The position numbers and the translations under genes are program-made. Shown piece by piece: positions 49,750-62,390 of a stretch of DNA of 64,000 nt. Under the pieces are notes generated by a model. That model saw only the letters and a list, made by a program, of their open reading frames with translations. It was not told where the DNA came from and searched no databases. This DNA comes from Haliotis rufescens (Eukaryota). The DNA lies in assembly GCF_023055435.1 (NCBI RefSeq), contig NW_025963890.1:34534001-34598000 (forward strand), written 5' to 3'. How positions within the stretch are numbered: the first letter of the stretch is position 1; each line of letters begins with the position of its first letter.

Positions 49750-51388
49750 TGCCGTTGGTAATAGCAGTTTACAGGGATGTTCAACATCAACGCTTTTCTC
49801 AACATATGTTCTGTCATAACCTTTTATGGAAAAAAGCATAAGCATAAGCGTACTTCTAAAACTTTCACAGTAGTCGATGTCCAAACATTATGTTTGTACT
49901 TCAGACAAACGTGTTCAAATCCGCACAACATTCATCTTCGTCCATCTTGTTGTTTCCAAGGTGTGCAGCTATACAGATGTATGTTGGTTCTTCTGAATCA
50001 AAGGGTTATTGTGGTCTGTTTACTGGATGAAACCAATCATCTTTGCGTCGCTTCTCCGGGATATCTGCTTTAGGGTGATGCTTTGTCGTGCTCCATCTTC
50101 CCCCAAGGCCTCATTTTAAACAGATGAAATTAACTGTGGCACTGAGACCAGGTCAGTTTCACGTATCTTCAGTGGATTCATTATTAAGCGTTCCATTTCT
50201 ATCCACTACGTCCATGGTCGAAGCATTCTGATCACTAGCAAGTTGATTTGTCTCCAATCTAAAAATACAAATACGTTGTCGTAATATTTAAGCACTCTGA
50301 TTTATTAACGTAATAGTGAAATAGTGATGTTGATATTTACATTGTATGCACAAACCTTTAATTGTCAGTTTATTAAAAGTAAAATTAATAACGTTAAATG
50401 TTTAATGTGTGGGTGAGTGAGTCAATCAGTCAGTCATATTTAATCAACACATACATACATTGAAATATCTTTGTACATGTTCCTTTCAAATATTTGACAT
50501 TTTATGCACAAACCTTTAATTGTCAATGTATGAAAAGTAAAATTATAACGTTAAATTTTATTTGACGTCATATTTCATCAGCACATATTCATGGACATAT
50601 CTACATACATTCATAGTTCATTTTAAAGTTCGGATTTCTTACTTTCATCTCCTCCCTTTACGACATTACATGCCACGCCCTGCTCCAGACACATCGTGTG
50701 GCGTTCCTCCCCACATCCGCAAGCACCATCCGCCTGGAGACATCTCTCACAGTCAGTCCCACAATATGTCTGGTGCAGTCAGTCCCCAAGTAGCCTTGCT
50801 TGCATCTGAAACATTCCCCAGTCTCTTGAGAACACGCTTCACAGTTACTAGGACACTTCAGCCTACAGTCGAGAGACATCCAGCCATCCACAAAGCCCTG
50901 TCTGCATACTGTAGACTTCATTCTGTGGTCACAGAAACAGTCCTGATCTGCATATCAGTGATGTCAGTGAAGACCGTGTTTACAACCTCGGGTACACCTA
51001 TGGCTCCCGTACTGTTCACATGTGTCACCGTGACATCCCCCTGGACAACTGGTGTCACAACCGTCACCAGTCCAACCGTTCCTGCAGCCTCTAGCACACG
51101 ACCCATCCCAGCCGTAGCTGGGGTTGTCTTCACATCCATCACTGCACTTGTTTTCACAGTCAGTCAGCCGACAAATTTTCAGACAGTTTCCTGTCTCCCG
51201 GTCACAGTGGGCTTGTCATCATTACTGAATCTGCAGTTGGGGGGACATGTATCTGTACAGTTGGTGGCTGTCGCCGATATCACAAACGCCGAAACATTTG
51301 TAGTTGTCATTGTCTCAATATCAGCCACTCTTGCAGTCAGTGCAACGAACGTCGACTGATGGCGAGAGACAGTTAGAATCAAAGAATA
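49750..51388 (-). pseudogene. G8: chimeric pseudogene (G7-like EGF exon plus G9-like cytoplasmic exon)
   Basis: 51388-50643 aligns to the G7 EGF exon with stops (KSG*Y*D), deletions and frameshifts; 50258 to about 49750 aligns to the G9 tail exon (59430-58830) with stops; no TM exon seen between them. Confidence 0.85.
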
Positions 51389-51492
51389 CTGAAACATATA
51401 TACTATTGTCCTTTTTTTCTCATACAAATGATACATTGATGTCTTTTGGGTTTATTGAACATGAGTCAATGTGCCAAACAAATATGCCAGAA

Positions 51493-51620
51493 GGTTCGGG
51501 GTTCGATCCCGGCCGCGCCATATCAAAAGACGTTACAAGTTTGAACTTGTTGTTACCCTGTCTGGCGCTCGGCATTGAGGGGCTAAAACAAGGACTGGTC
51601 GGCTCAAAGTCAGTATACCA
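51493..51620 (+). mobile_element. SINE family D, partial
   Basis: GGTTCGATCCCGGCCG ... CTGGCGCTCGGCATTGAGGGGCTAAAACAAGGACTGGTC. Confidence 0.75.
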
Positions 51621-51654
51621 TGCATCTCACCAAAAGCTTGAATAATCGCTCACA

Positions 51655-51800
51655 TTGAATGGCCCATCATCAAATAGGGGTGGTAGAATATTGGTTCATG
51701 CTGACTATCAGTATACAAAAAAACGCCACAAAGACACGACCTATTGGAGATGTCTACAAAAGGAAGGTCTTCTAAAGCGACATGAAGAAGCGTACAAGAG
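51655..51800 (+). mobile_element. FLYWCH-type zinc-finger fragment, probable MULE/Mutator remnant
   Basis: SNRGGRILVHADYQYTKKRHKDTTYWRC matches the N-terminal half of FLYWCH (S.RG...L...GY.Y ... YWRC); the second Cys and His pair are missing. Confidence 0.6.
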
Positions 51801-52439
51801 AAGAAGTAATTCCAGTCACAAGAATTATACAAGGAAGATGTTTTGGGTGAGAATTATCTTTTATTATGTCCTTCTTATGAAACCGTGTTTTATCAAATAT
51901 GGCGACACCAACTTACTCCGCTTATATAAGTTTTATTATTGTTGGCAATAAAGATGTACAAAAAAGAAAAGAATAATATAAATTTATGAAAATCTAATAT
52001 GTCTTGTCACCAGGTATCATTGTTATGCCATTCTGAGATCCAGCTTTAGGGCCATTGGCGACAGACCTTTTATTATAGATGCTCCCATGGCGATCCTGAC
52101 TTTCAATATATGTACACGAGTGTCCTTTGAGTGTCATGTGCTTTTATGTATCTGAAAAATATTATAAATGTTGTACAAGTCAGTCTATATATAAAAATAA
52201 AATCGTTTCATAAATTTTCATACAAACTATGTCTGGTGTGAGATGGAACAGACTATACTACAATCCCCATTTGTTCGGCCAATTAACACCTGTGTTGCAA
52301 CTGACTGCGTTTGAGCTCAAATGGGGTATTTAAGATTACTTTTCTTGGATGGATATATAACCTTTCATTCCTCCATAAAGAAGAGTACAAAGAAAAAGCA
52401 GAAAATAATAGATGAACATCTATCAGAACAACATATTAC

Positions 52440-54010
52440 TTTGCATTATATATGCAGAATGGTAATGCTGATATATTGAGAGTTAGTTGAACACCGTTTT
52501 AAGCATTGGCTTGACATATTTAACACACACTCTTGCAAAGTCATTTGCATCTTTATCACATAGTCTGTAATCTGTTCTGCAAGACAACATGCATTCAGTG
52601 AGCTTTGCTGATTCCATACCATGCAGGTAGCAGCTAAAGTCGACATCACCGATATTGATCAACTCCATCCAGAGCTTATCCCGAATGTCACACGTACATT
52701 CACACTCAACAACTGCATTTGTCACTGGATCACGATACACAAGACCACATTTGTGGCACAGTCCTGTATCACACATGTCCTTTGCGGTGGCACACGTCCT
52801 TATCACAAAGTTAGGGTTCAGTCTCAGAGTTGGAGTCGTCTAAGGAGATTTGCCAGGCTGGATGGACATCATATAGTCGATGGATTCGACTAAACATCTG
52901 GAGTTCTGGATCAGCAGCAAGTCTCTGCCTCCAGGCAGAGACATGGTGAGATTTTAGAGCTTTACTCATTAATCGTTTCCATCTCTGTTTCCCTATGAAG
53001 ATACCATTCCGCAGGAACGACAGCAGAGGATCCATGAGATTGTATTTGGATAACAATCTGATGACGTCTGGAACAAATCCTGATGATGAGGTTGTCAGGT
53101 GGTGAATGTAACACATCAGTCTGGTCATGAACAGCGGGTGAGGCAGGAACTTCGGGTTCATGTTGATGATGCGCTCCAGGAAATACAACTTTCTTTGATC
53201 TATATGGTATTCAATGGGTAGAACACCAAGAAGACTCAAGCAGACATCAGTACGGGTCAGTCGCGGCAAGTCTTGGATAGATTTTATGACATATCTGAAC
53301 GATCTCTCCAGCATCAGCAACCCTTCCTTTGATAGATTTGACCACAGTTCTGATCCATACAGAGTCCTTGGGAGGTACATATTATTTACCACAATCAAGT
53401 TGGTTATAGGATTCAGGAACCTAGGATGAAACCTCGTGAAATCAGCGTTCTTACTCCTAACCTCAGGTTGACTGAAGCTTGAGTAACATGTTCAAGGGAT
53501 GACATGTTGCCAGAGAGTACCAAACCAACATGTCTGATGGTGTTCGTCCATGGAATGGGTTCACTGTACAGCTTCAGTTCAGATCTGTGTTGAGTCCCCT
53601 TGCGGCAAGGGAATGATACAATCTCACTTTTGGAAGACGAAAATATGTACCGTCAGTCACAGCTGTAGTCCTCAGCTGTTTTCAACATTAATTTCAATGC
53701 TGACACTCTTGATGAAACAAGGGCTTGCGTCGGAGAACAGGTATTCAAATCCATAACTACAGCACCAAGTGTCGACTTCGATAGTTTCTGGCGTCAGTGT
53801 ACAAGAAGTACAACTTCCCCGACAACACAACCTTGTCCTATTCCCTCTCTCATGGATACGGGTCTAGACCACATTGAGTCCACACACACACGGCTAACCA
53901 TCTCTGTGTACATGTTGTCAAGCACTAGCCATAGAGACCCCTTGATTCCGAACTCGAATATCTTGTACTTAAGACCACTATACCACACCATGTCAAATGC
54001 CTTACACGTA
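52440..54010 (-). mobile_element. Non-LTR retrotransposon (LINE) ORF2 3' half, decayed
   Basis: KAFDMVW...GIKG...GIGQGCV (RT core, ORF 53794-54156), LYGSELW...LG..PIE..IDQRKL (52811-53398), Cys-rich C-terminus (52483-52806), all broken by frameshifts. Confidence 0.88.
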
Positions 54011-56599
54011 TGGCTTCGAATGGCGTCACAAACATGTCTACAATAGCAGACGACCTGGTTCATCAGATGACAAACCAAATTCACGATTCCATCCTTAACA
54101 GAAAAACAAAATAACAGATTACCATAGTAAAGATATGTAGTACTGTCGCATTCCAATTGGCTGAATGTGTGTGTGCTCTTACCCCGACGTCATCAAGTTT
54201 TATTCTCTAGTGAGGATATAACAATGACTGAATTATGACAGAACACGACACCTTAACAATCAGATAGCAAATCATAGCCTTTATTTGGTTGATCCTGATT
54301 ATACTTGATTTATCCCCAATATACGTATCAAATTGTATTGGAATATCAACTTAAGTAAGGTAACACTGGCGTCGTCTTGTTTGTTGTGTGATCGAGGTGA
54401 AGATATGGATGATTACAAATGGTACCTTTCGTTGAAATACTCGTCATCGCGATGAAGTGGTTATTAAGCCCAGCATGCTGTGGTGTTTATCCACTCCTGG
54501 TCTGATTTAAAGAAGGGTTTAAATACCTAAATACCATTTTCAGTGTTTTCGGACAGTGCATTACTTTACACATGAATACATTTTATGACTTCATCTCCTG
54601 ATGTGATTTCATTTCACTATAAATTGTGTTTTTTGCGCGCAGTTTAAGATACACTTGCTAACACTTTATAGACTCTCATTTTTAAGACGCTGATTTTTAA
54701 AGTCCATTTAATGTGCTGAGATATCTGCCTTTGTGTTGTATCCATTTGCTACCGTCACATGTGTCAAAGAGCATTATTTCACAGTGCATTTGTAAGTGCA
54801 GTTTCATTCAGTGTATTTCGGCATGATTTTCCAGGCAATTTGTCGCCTGCAATCTTATTTTGCATGAATCACTTTGTGATTACATGTGAGGTTTAGTTTG
54901 TGTCATGTCCTTGAGTACCCTGTGGGGGATATGTCTATGGAGCGGAGGTGTGAAGTATTAGGTATTAAAGGTCCCAATCAACCCATGCTTGTCCTAAGAA
55001 TCGATCGGGCGATCGGATCGGGGACTTGGTTGATAGCATGTCATCACGTCTGAATTGCGTGGATAGTCTGAATTGCGTGCTCATGATTTAAGTATTTGAT
55101 TGCCTCGATCAGACTCGATTACTTACAGACTGACGTCATACCTAGAATATTGTTGAGTGTGGTGAAACAAGTAACAAGAAAACAAATATCGAAACAAAAG
55201 AACAAACGACGTAAGCCTACTGATCGTGTTATGGAATATTGCAAATACACTAAATATTGTTATCAACCGTCAACCGACATCAGCGTCGATCGACAATAAC
55301 AATATCGGACAAGATATCTCTGCCTTCATGGAAGTCCATCTGTATAGAATCGTTAACACGTTGAGGGTCACCATCTAGTCTTTTCACGTTCAAATGTGAT
55401 GGCAACGGTTACAACATTTCAGGTAAAATACTCGTATGTTTATACACTAGCCTCAGCGTTAAAGTTATGGGTATTATGGCGGTGTTCTGAATTTTGCACA
55501 CGACGTACACTCACGGACACTAAAATGATAATCTATGACAAAACAATTACCGCCAAAAGTGGGAGGACTTCTTTTACATGTTTAGACGACAGAACGCACG
55601 GGTAGTTCTCTCCTGTGCTGTCTGTTTATGTTATGTCCTGTGCATTATGATTGTGATCTCTTTTTACTGTTAGGTGTTTGCTGCATAATAGGTATATCAA
55701 CTGAGATTTGCTTGCGTCGTCTACATGTTGCATCGTCCAACACGGTATTATTTATTGCTATCCATGTATGTGCTGACGTGCTCTTGTGTGTGTGGTGACT
55801 GTGTCACATTTTTACGTTGGTTCACATCACGACTCGAAAAAATGTTTTTTAAACATTCAGAAACTACTTTATATTTTCATAAGATGAAACTTTGCTTTAA
55901 ATCATAATTAGGGATCATACATGAATATAATTATATGTTGGTGTCACCTGATTTGTTGAAGTTAAGCTGATTCCTTTGTTGATTCAAAGAATTTCCAAAA
56001 CTGAGATTTTTAGATTGAGATGAGTTCTGTTCACATCTTTACCTTTACTATTACATGAATGTTCCAATGCTTAGAATGCAAATGATATATCTATGAAACT
56101 CCCTCTTTGAAGAAAGCAACTTTCACTTCTGACTTAGCATTTTATTACTTAATTGAAGTCCAAATGTGTAGAATATTAACACATATAAGTCTTAAGAACA
56201 TTATGCATCCTTTACTGAACTGCAAGTACATTTAATGATAAAATATGAAATGTCAATGCAAGAGAAAAACCAGTCTTGTTCAAACAGATTCCATTTGGCG
56301 TAAGGGGCAAAATACCTGAGAATATTGTATGAATGGACCACTGAAAATAAGGGATGTATAGATTCTTTACTTCTCCATAGACCACCGTCAGTGCTACAAG
56401 AGCAAACATACAGTACCGAGAGATAAATATAATATGTACATCAAGAAGGCTGTGTGCATTTAGATTTAGCATCCAAATTAAAGTGGTAAATACAAATAAA
56501 ACATATTTTGATGAACGTTAAAGCTCGTTTGGTTTAGTTGTTGAAAATAGGCTTTTTAATGAAAACTCATTTGACCAAGTTAAATATCTGCTAGGAATA

Positions 56600-57060
56600 A
56601 GTATAAGTGTTTTGTTATCAAAAGTTTTACATCGAAAATATATAATGGAATTCATCAGCTATTGCCGGGGAGTTACAGAGTGAACATAGACGTTGTTTTC
56701 TGGGTACATTTTTCCAGCGGCCAGTCTCGACTGGTAAATTGTGGTTATTAGTGCAAAATTTTAAGAGCGGGTAATAAACAGATTTAGATAGATAGAGATA
56801 GTTTTCAAGTAATGGCATTTGTTAAAGATGTTTACAATCGAAACCTTTGTAACTCGACAATATTGAACTTCTCCAGGATTGTAGAAAATGATTGTTTAAT
56901 TTTCTTTCCACAGACGAGACTAGTCACTTGGTGTTGAAATTACATGGCATATTATATACTTGGGTCAGGCCACAGGAGCGTCATAAACATTCTAAATCAT
57001 ATAACCAAGAGTGAATATTGGAGTTTACCTCAGCATCCATCTTAATGAATTGATGTAGTA
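56600..57060 (-). mobile_element. LINE ORF2 C-terminal fragment (RTE-X-like)
   Basis: NHNLPVETGRWKNVPRKQRLCSLCN...DEFHY zinc-knuckle region; lies inside a roughly 700-bp insertion absent from the paralogous block at 48595. Confidence 0.8.
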
Positions 57061-58553
57061 GATAACACCAAGGGTTCGCGAAAAGGGTACGCATGTCCTG
57101 CCCTACCGGGCCCCGTAATTATAAGCCTTGTCTATACATACCACCTGTCACGGTGCTTAACTAACAACTACGTCGCCTACGTTACAGTAACGCCACACCC
57201 ACGGAGAAGCCGACTCGTGATTGTCATGATGTTTAAGTGCAGGGATGATTTTGTTTTAGTCGAAAAATGTATAATATATAGACAAACCGATACACATACT
57301 GTTTTGCTATTTCTGTTAATCCTACAAAAATAACAACATTGCATACATTGTTGAAGGTGTGAAGCGAGCTTTGATCGTGACATTGTGAATAATAAGAATA
57401 ACAATCGGTTACTAGCGTCTTAATCATATTTTTTTAAACGAGCGTTTACTGAGACCGTGTTTGGGTAATAAAACACCAGCTGCCCTCGGCCATATTCCAC
57501 ACAATGCCTCCACGGAGTAAACAACTGAAGGCATCGTGTTGTCACCAAGCTGACGTAAGTTGTGGACACGGTGATCAACGGACATCGTCGTGATCGTTGA
57601 TATTGCGCACCCGATTGAACGCACCCGTTTTAACCCCAGTAAGGGGAATCCCCTCAGTGGCGGGAAATTTACGTTTGGGGGCAATTTCGAATTCGGCTAT
57701 CGTTTTATATCGTCTGTTTTACGCTATTTCCGTTTTTCAAATTGAATTTTGGTCAAGCATTTGAGATAATGTATGCCCTAAAGTATTAAAATCTGCAAAG
57801 TTGACATGTTAACTTTACTTGCCCTTTTAGCAATTGGAAGTTTGACTCACACAGCTGGCGTGAGTACGTCCACACAGGCGAATAAACACTAGTTAGCAGC
57901 ACTGATGTTAGCTTGCCAATTCTGATATCGAGCTGATCCGATCTAAATACACAGAGGGTATTACTAGTCTACACACGTATACGTTGCCACGGCGTCCGTC
58001 TTAATAGATTAACATATATCGGATCAAACGACATTCTTCTTCTTCTGTTATGTAACCAACCTCTGTATGTACAGCTTAACAGCGACTACGGTCTTTCAAC
58101 TTTCGTCTTGATACCGACGCGACCGTACAAACTGGTGTATATTTAACATTATCTACCAGAGGGTGAACAACATGCGGGTGTCGGAGATGAAAAACTCCGA
58201 TAGTCTTTCACCCCAAGCGGCTAGCAAAGGCAAAAGAGCGTGTTTTTCATTAGTATTTTAATTTACATTAGTATCAAGAACATTATGCTAACGTGCAGCG
58301 TTTGCACTTTACAGAGATGTTTTATATACAGCAAAGGTCCAAGTGGTTTCTTAGTTACCGCCCACAAGGTCACTAAGACTCTGGGGAATTTAACATTTCA
58401 TATACAGGAAGCAGTAAGAATACGAGGGAACTTCGTCACCCAAACCACCCCATCTCCCTCCGCAAAGAGGTATTTATATTTTTAGTTTGTCAGGCTGTAA
58501 CACCAAGCTCCACCACACAATACAAATCATCATAGTAAAACAAATGTTTCAGT

Positions 58554-58814
58554 TGGTTGGTTGGTTTGTTTGTTGTTTAACGCCGCACTCAGCAATATTC
58601 CAGCTATATGACGGCGGTCTGTAAATAATCGAGTCTGGACCAGACAATCCAGTGATGATATCATGAGCATCGATCCACGCAATTGGGATCGATGACATAT
58701 CATCAACCAACCTGACCACCCGATCCCGTTAGTCGCCTCTTACGACAAGAACGGTCGCCTTTTACGGCAAGCATGGGTTGCTGAAGACCTATGATAACCC
58801 GGAATCTTCACGGA
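58554..58814 (-). mobile_element. SINE family C, full length
   Basis: 12-bp TSD AAATGTTTCAGT at 58542-58553 and 58817-58828. Confidence 0.92.
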
Positions 58815-58829
58815 TAAAATGTTTCAGTG

Positions 58830-61780
58830 TTCATGCCGTGGGTAATACCAGGTCATAGATATGTTCCATATCAACGCTTTTATCAACATACGCCGTCAGA
58901 ACCAAATACTGTTAAACATTTATCTGCATGCATTAGCGTACTTCTAGAATCTGCACAGTTGTCCACGTCCAAACTAATGTTTGAAGTCGCCTTGACAGAT
59001 GTAAACCAGCACGTGAATCGGACGGCACATAATCTTCCCCTTCATGATCAGAGAAACTGTTTAACTCAGCAGAACATACATCTTTGTTCATCTTGTGGTT
59101 TCCAAGATGTGTTGCCATAGGTAGCTTATGTGCATCTTCTGAATCAAAGAGTTCTTTGGTCTGTTTACTGGATGAAACCGATAGTCTTCACGTCGCTTCT
59201 CCGGAATATCTAGTTTCGGAAGATACTTCGTCCTATTCCATCCTCCCTCCAGGTCTTCATATTGAACAGATCAAATTAAGTGCGGCACTGAGTCAAGGTC
59301 AGTATCATGAATATCCCAATATTTATGAGGGGAATCATAATCTGTGGATCTAGTATCCTGCGTTCCATTTCTACCCACCACGTCCATGGTTGAAGCACTC
59401 TGGTTATGAGTTGGTGGATTCGTCTCCGATCTAAATGGAAGGTTAAGATTACTGTAGACAGATCTTCATTTCACTGATTTAAACACTTAGATTTGTTTGA
59501 GTCACCATCCTATGAAGTAGAAGTTTCCATCTTTAATTCATTAAGTTGATAATAACGTTATTGAACTGATATTTTGGCACGATGTTCTTATAGTTTACCT
59601 CCTCTGATGTCTGTATTTGTAAGCGCATATTTTGTAGAAGAACACCAAGACTCCTCCAAGAAGGACAACTCTCAGGGTTGAACAGGCAATCAGGACGGTG
59701 TTGGGGTCCAATTTCTGCAAATACTCGTCACCTAAATAAAAATTAAATAATCACAAACATGTAGTGACGAACGGCATGAGGAAAGTGATGACCACAAGGT
59801 ACAATTAGAACTACAATCCGTAATTAGAAAATAAACATACGATGTTTTTGATTTAAGATGTTTCGATGTGTGAACTCATATTTCATTATGGACATGTTTT
59901 AATTCGTCCATTGTCTGATGTATTGATTCGTTTGCTTAGTCTCTTACTACACTTATAATTTATTTGATGCACTTTATATTTCTTTGTCAATTCATTTTTG
60001 AACCCAAAATTGTATATATTACACAAACCAACAATATATTGAAGATGCAGCATTCCTGTCTGTCTTATCAAGTACAACATATGAACATGAATATAGACAC
60101 CGAAAACGTACAACTCCATCATGATCATAAATTCACCACACCAAGAAATTCAATAATTATATATCATAGTCAATGTTGCTCATTTATGGAACAGACATAC
60201 GTAACTGTTTATACATAACACATATTTTATCTTAGAAAATATGAAGTGGAATCGCATGCAGTCGTGTGAAGGAAGCGAACAGCTACGCATGAACCAACAC
60301 CTACACGTTCTCCCTGTATTTCCATGAGCACACTTAGAACAGTTCCATGTGTCCTTATGACAGCGTAGGCAGTTCTATGGGCAAGGCGACATGCAGTCCT
60401 TGCGATCAGGTAAACACCTTATACAACCTTCCCCACAACCTGGCCTGCAAGGTCTTTCATATTAAGTTCCTTTAAATCCCGATGCACACGTTCTGCAATC
60501 ACCGATCAGTTTGGCGCATCTACCTTTGCAGTTTTGAGGACAACGTTTGTCACACTTCATAGTTGAACGCATTCGAACCCTGTACACAAATACTACCGTA
60601 GCGCTCGCATTTAGAACATGTCGACAGACAATCTTCTTGACAGCATGTTCCCTGTTTACCATCAACGCATCCGTCTTTACAGGCCAGGTTTTTTTCTGCA
60701 CTCCACAGCGTGAGTTGATGCATGTATCAGAACAGTTCAGGTCACACTCTGTGTCATAGAAACGTGAGTCTGCACACACGGAAGACTGTACCAATTCATG
60801 CTGGGTTGGCTGTTGTAAGAGTAAGGGGAAATGTAATTTTGAAAAAAATGAAGAGGAAAATAAGTTTTAAAAAGGTGTATCTACTGAAGGGACACATTTT
60901 TTATTTTCATGATTTACGGATTTAATCGTTAGCTTAGGCCCTTCGACAAGAAATAGTTCTATGCAATCGCCCATTTTTTTATGGACATGATTATTTTACA
61001 TTGGTTTAGTTAGGAAACATAAATGCAGAAAAGGTAAAAAATGCAGTGTGTTATTTTACTGTTTTTCTAACATGTGCATTTCTAAAAGCGATTGTTTAAT
61101 GCTGCAACCGCAATTTAGCATTAGCATGTATTGGTGTCAATACATTACATCTGAAAAACCTGTCTTCTCTGTCTAAGAAGTTACAGTGACAACACAAACT
61201 GCACTTAATCAGTTACCCTATGTGAGGTTCATAGTTACTTAAAGTTGATACATGATGGTTGCCCTATCTTTATATTGTTCTAAGTAAACAAAATAAAACA
61301 GATGAGAAAAGAAATAAATAAATAAACAGTTTTTTTGTTGTTGTTTTTTGTTGTTGTTGTTTTGTTGTTGTTGTTTGTTTGTTCTTTTTGGGGGGGTGAT
61401 TGTGTCTTTTGACCTCGGTTGGTCGGATGCGGAAATAAAACGTTATAACGAGCATGGCAGATATGATTAACTCTACAGCAAGGTCGATCCATGCTTTCCA
61501 ATAAGGAAGAAGTGTTTGGCTTTCTTGTACCTTACACCAGTCTTACACACACTGATAAATTGCTGCAAAACGACGCACTGATTGTGACATGTATGAACAG
61601 ATAAAGGCTTTTTGGTGACTGTAAAACTGACGTAAGGTTTAACAAAACACTGTTTCCTTATAAAAAAAACCTATGGAGTTAATTATATCTTTAATGCTAA
61701 GTATAACCTTTTGTTTACCACATTCCACTGACAGGTGTCAAACGCCACAAAGAACAGCACCACCAACATGTACGCCACAT
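58830..61780 (-). pseudogene. G9: pseudogene of a multiple-EGF type I receptor
   Basis: Signal-like exon 61769-61719 (MLVVLFFVAFDTCQWNV), decayed Cys-rich exon pieces at about 61618-61535 and 60809-60260 (stops and frameshifts, e.g. CASGFKGT*), open TM exon 59731-59599, tail exon from 59430 (QDTRS as in G1) with premature TGA at 59273-59271. Confidence 0.8.
61330..61388. repeat. (TTG)n-rich microsatellite
   Basis: Directly visible. Confidence 0.85.
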
Positions 61781-62319
61781 CCAATTCTAGGAAGCCGATG
61801 TCGCAACTGTAAATAAACGTAATTTGTGTTTCAATATCTGTGAGTGAGTTGGGTGTAACGTGTGGGTGAACAGTATTTCAGTATTTCAGCTTTATCGTGG
61901 TGGCACAATGTGGGACGAAACCCCCAAGTGATGCAGGCCTTAGATGGTTACCCCTTTGGTGATAATCAAGTATGTGTGACGAAGCTCAAGTGATACAGGT
62001 CTTAGAAGTTTCGATTGTTATAAGGTTGTTAGTCAGTTGTACATAAGTATCGTTATCACCTCCACCTGAATGACATTGAAATGGACACATTATTGTACTT
62101 ACCAGGGACACCTCGAGCGTTTGTTATACCACCGATGCTCACACTATGCATGGTAGCAAAAAAAAGACGTGATACTTCAAACAACTGTAACCGGGTGACA
62201 AGACATTTCAATTAACATGCAGTGAAATTAGGCCATGAAGATTTCACGTGTAACACAGCAATTACGTGTATTGTGTTTTGTCTTATCCAAGATGGCGGAC
62301 GTTTCCGAGCGGAAACGTG

Positions 62320-62390
62320 TATAACGAACAACGGATATAACGAACTGATTTCTCTGGTCCCTTGTAGTAAGTTATATCCGCGTTCTACTG
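62320..62390. mobile_element. Single pogo/Tigger-like transposon end
   Basis: ATAACGAA subterminal repeats and terminus GTTATATCCGCGTTCTACTG|TA; the other end was not found. Confidence 0.45.
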
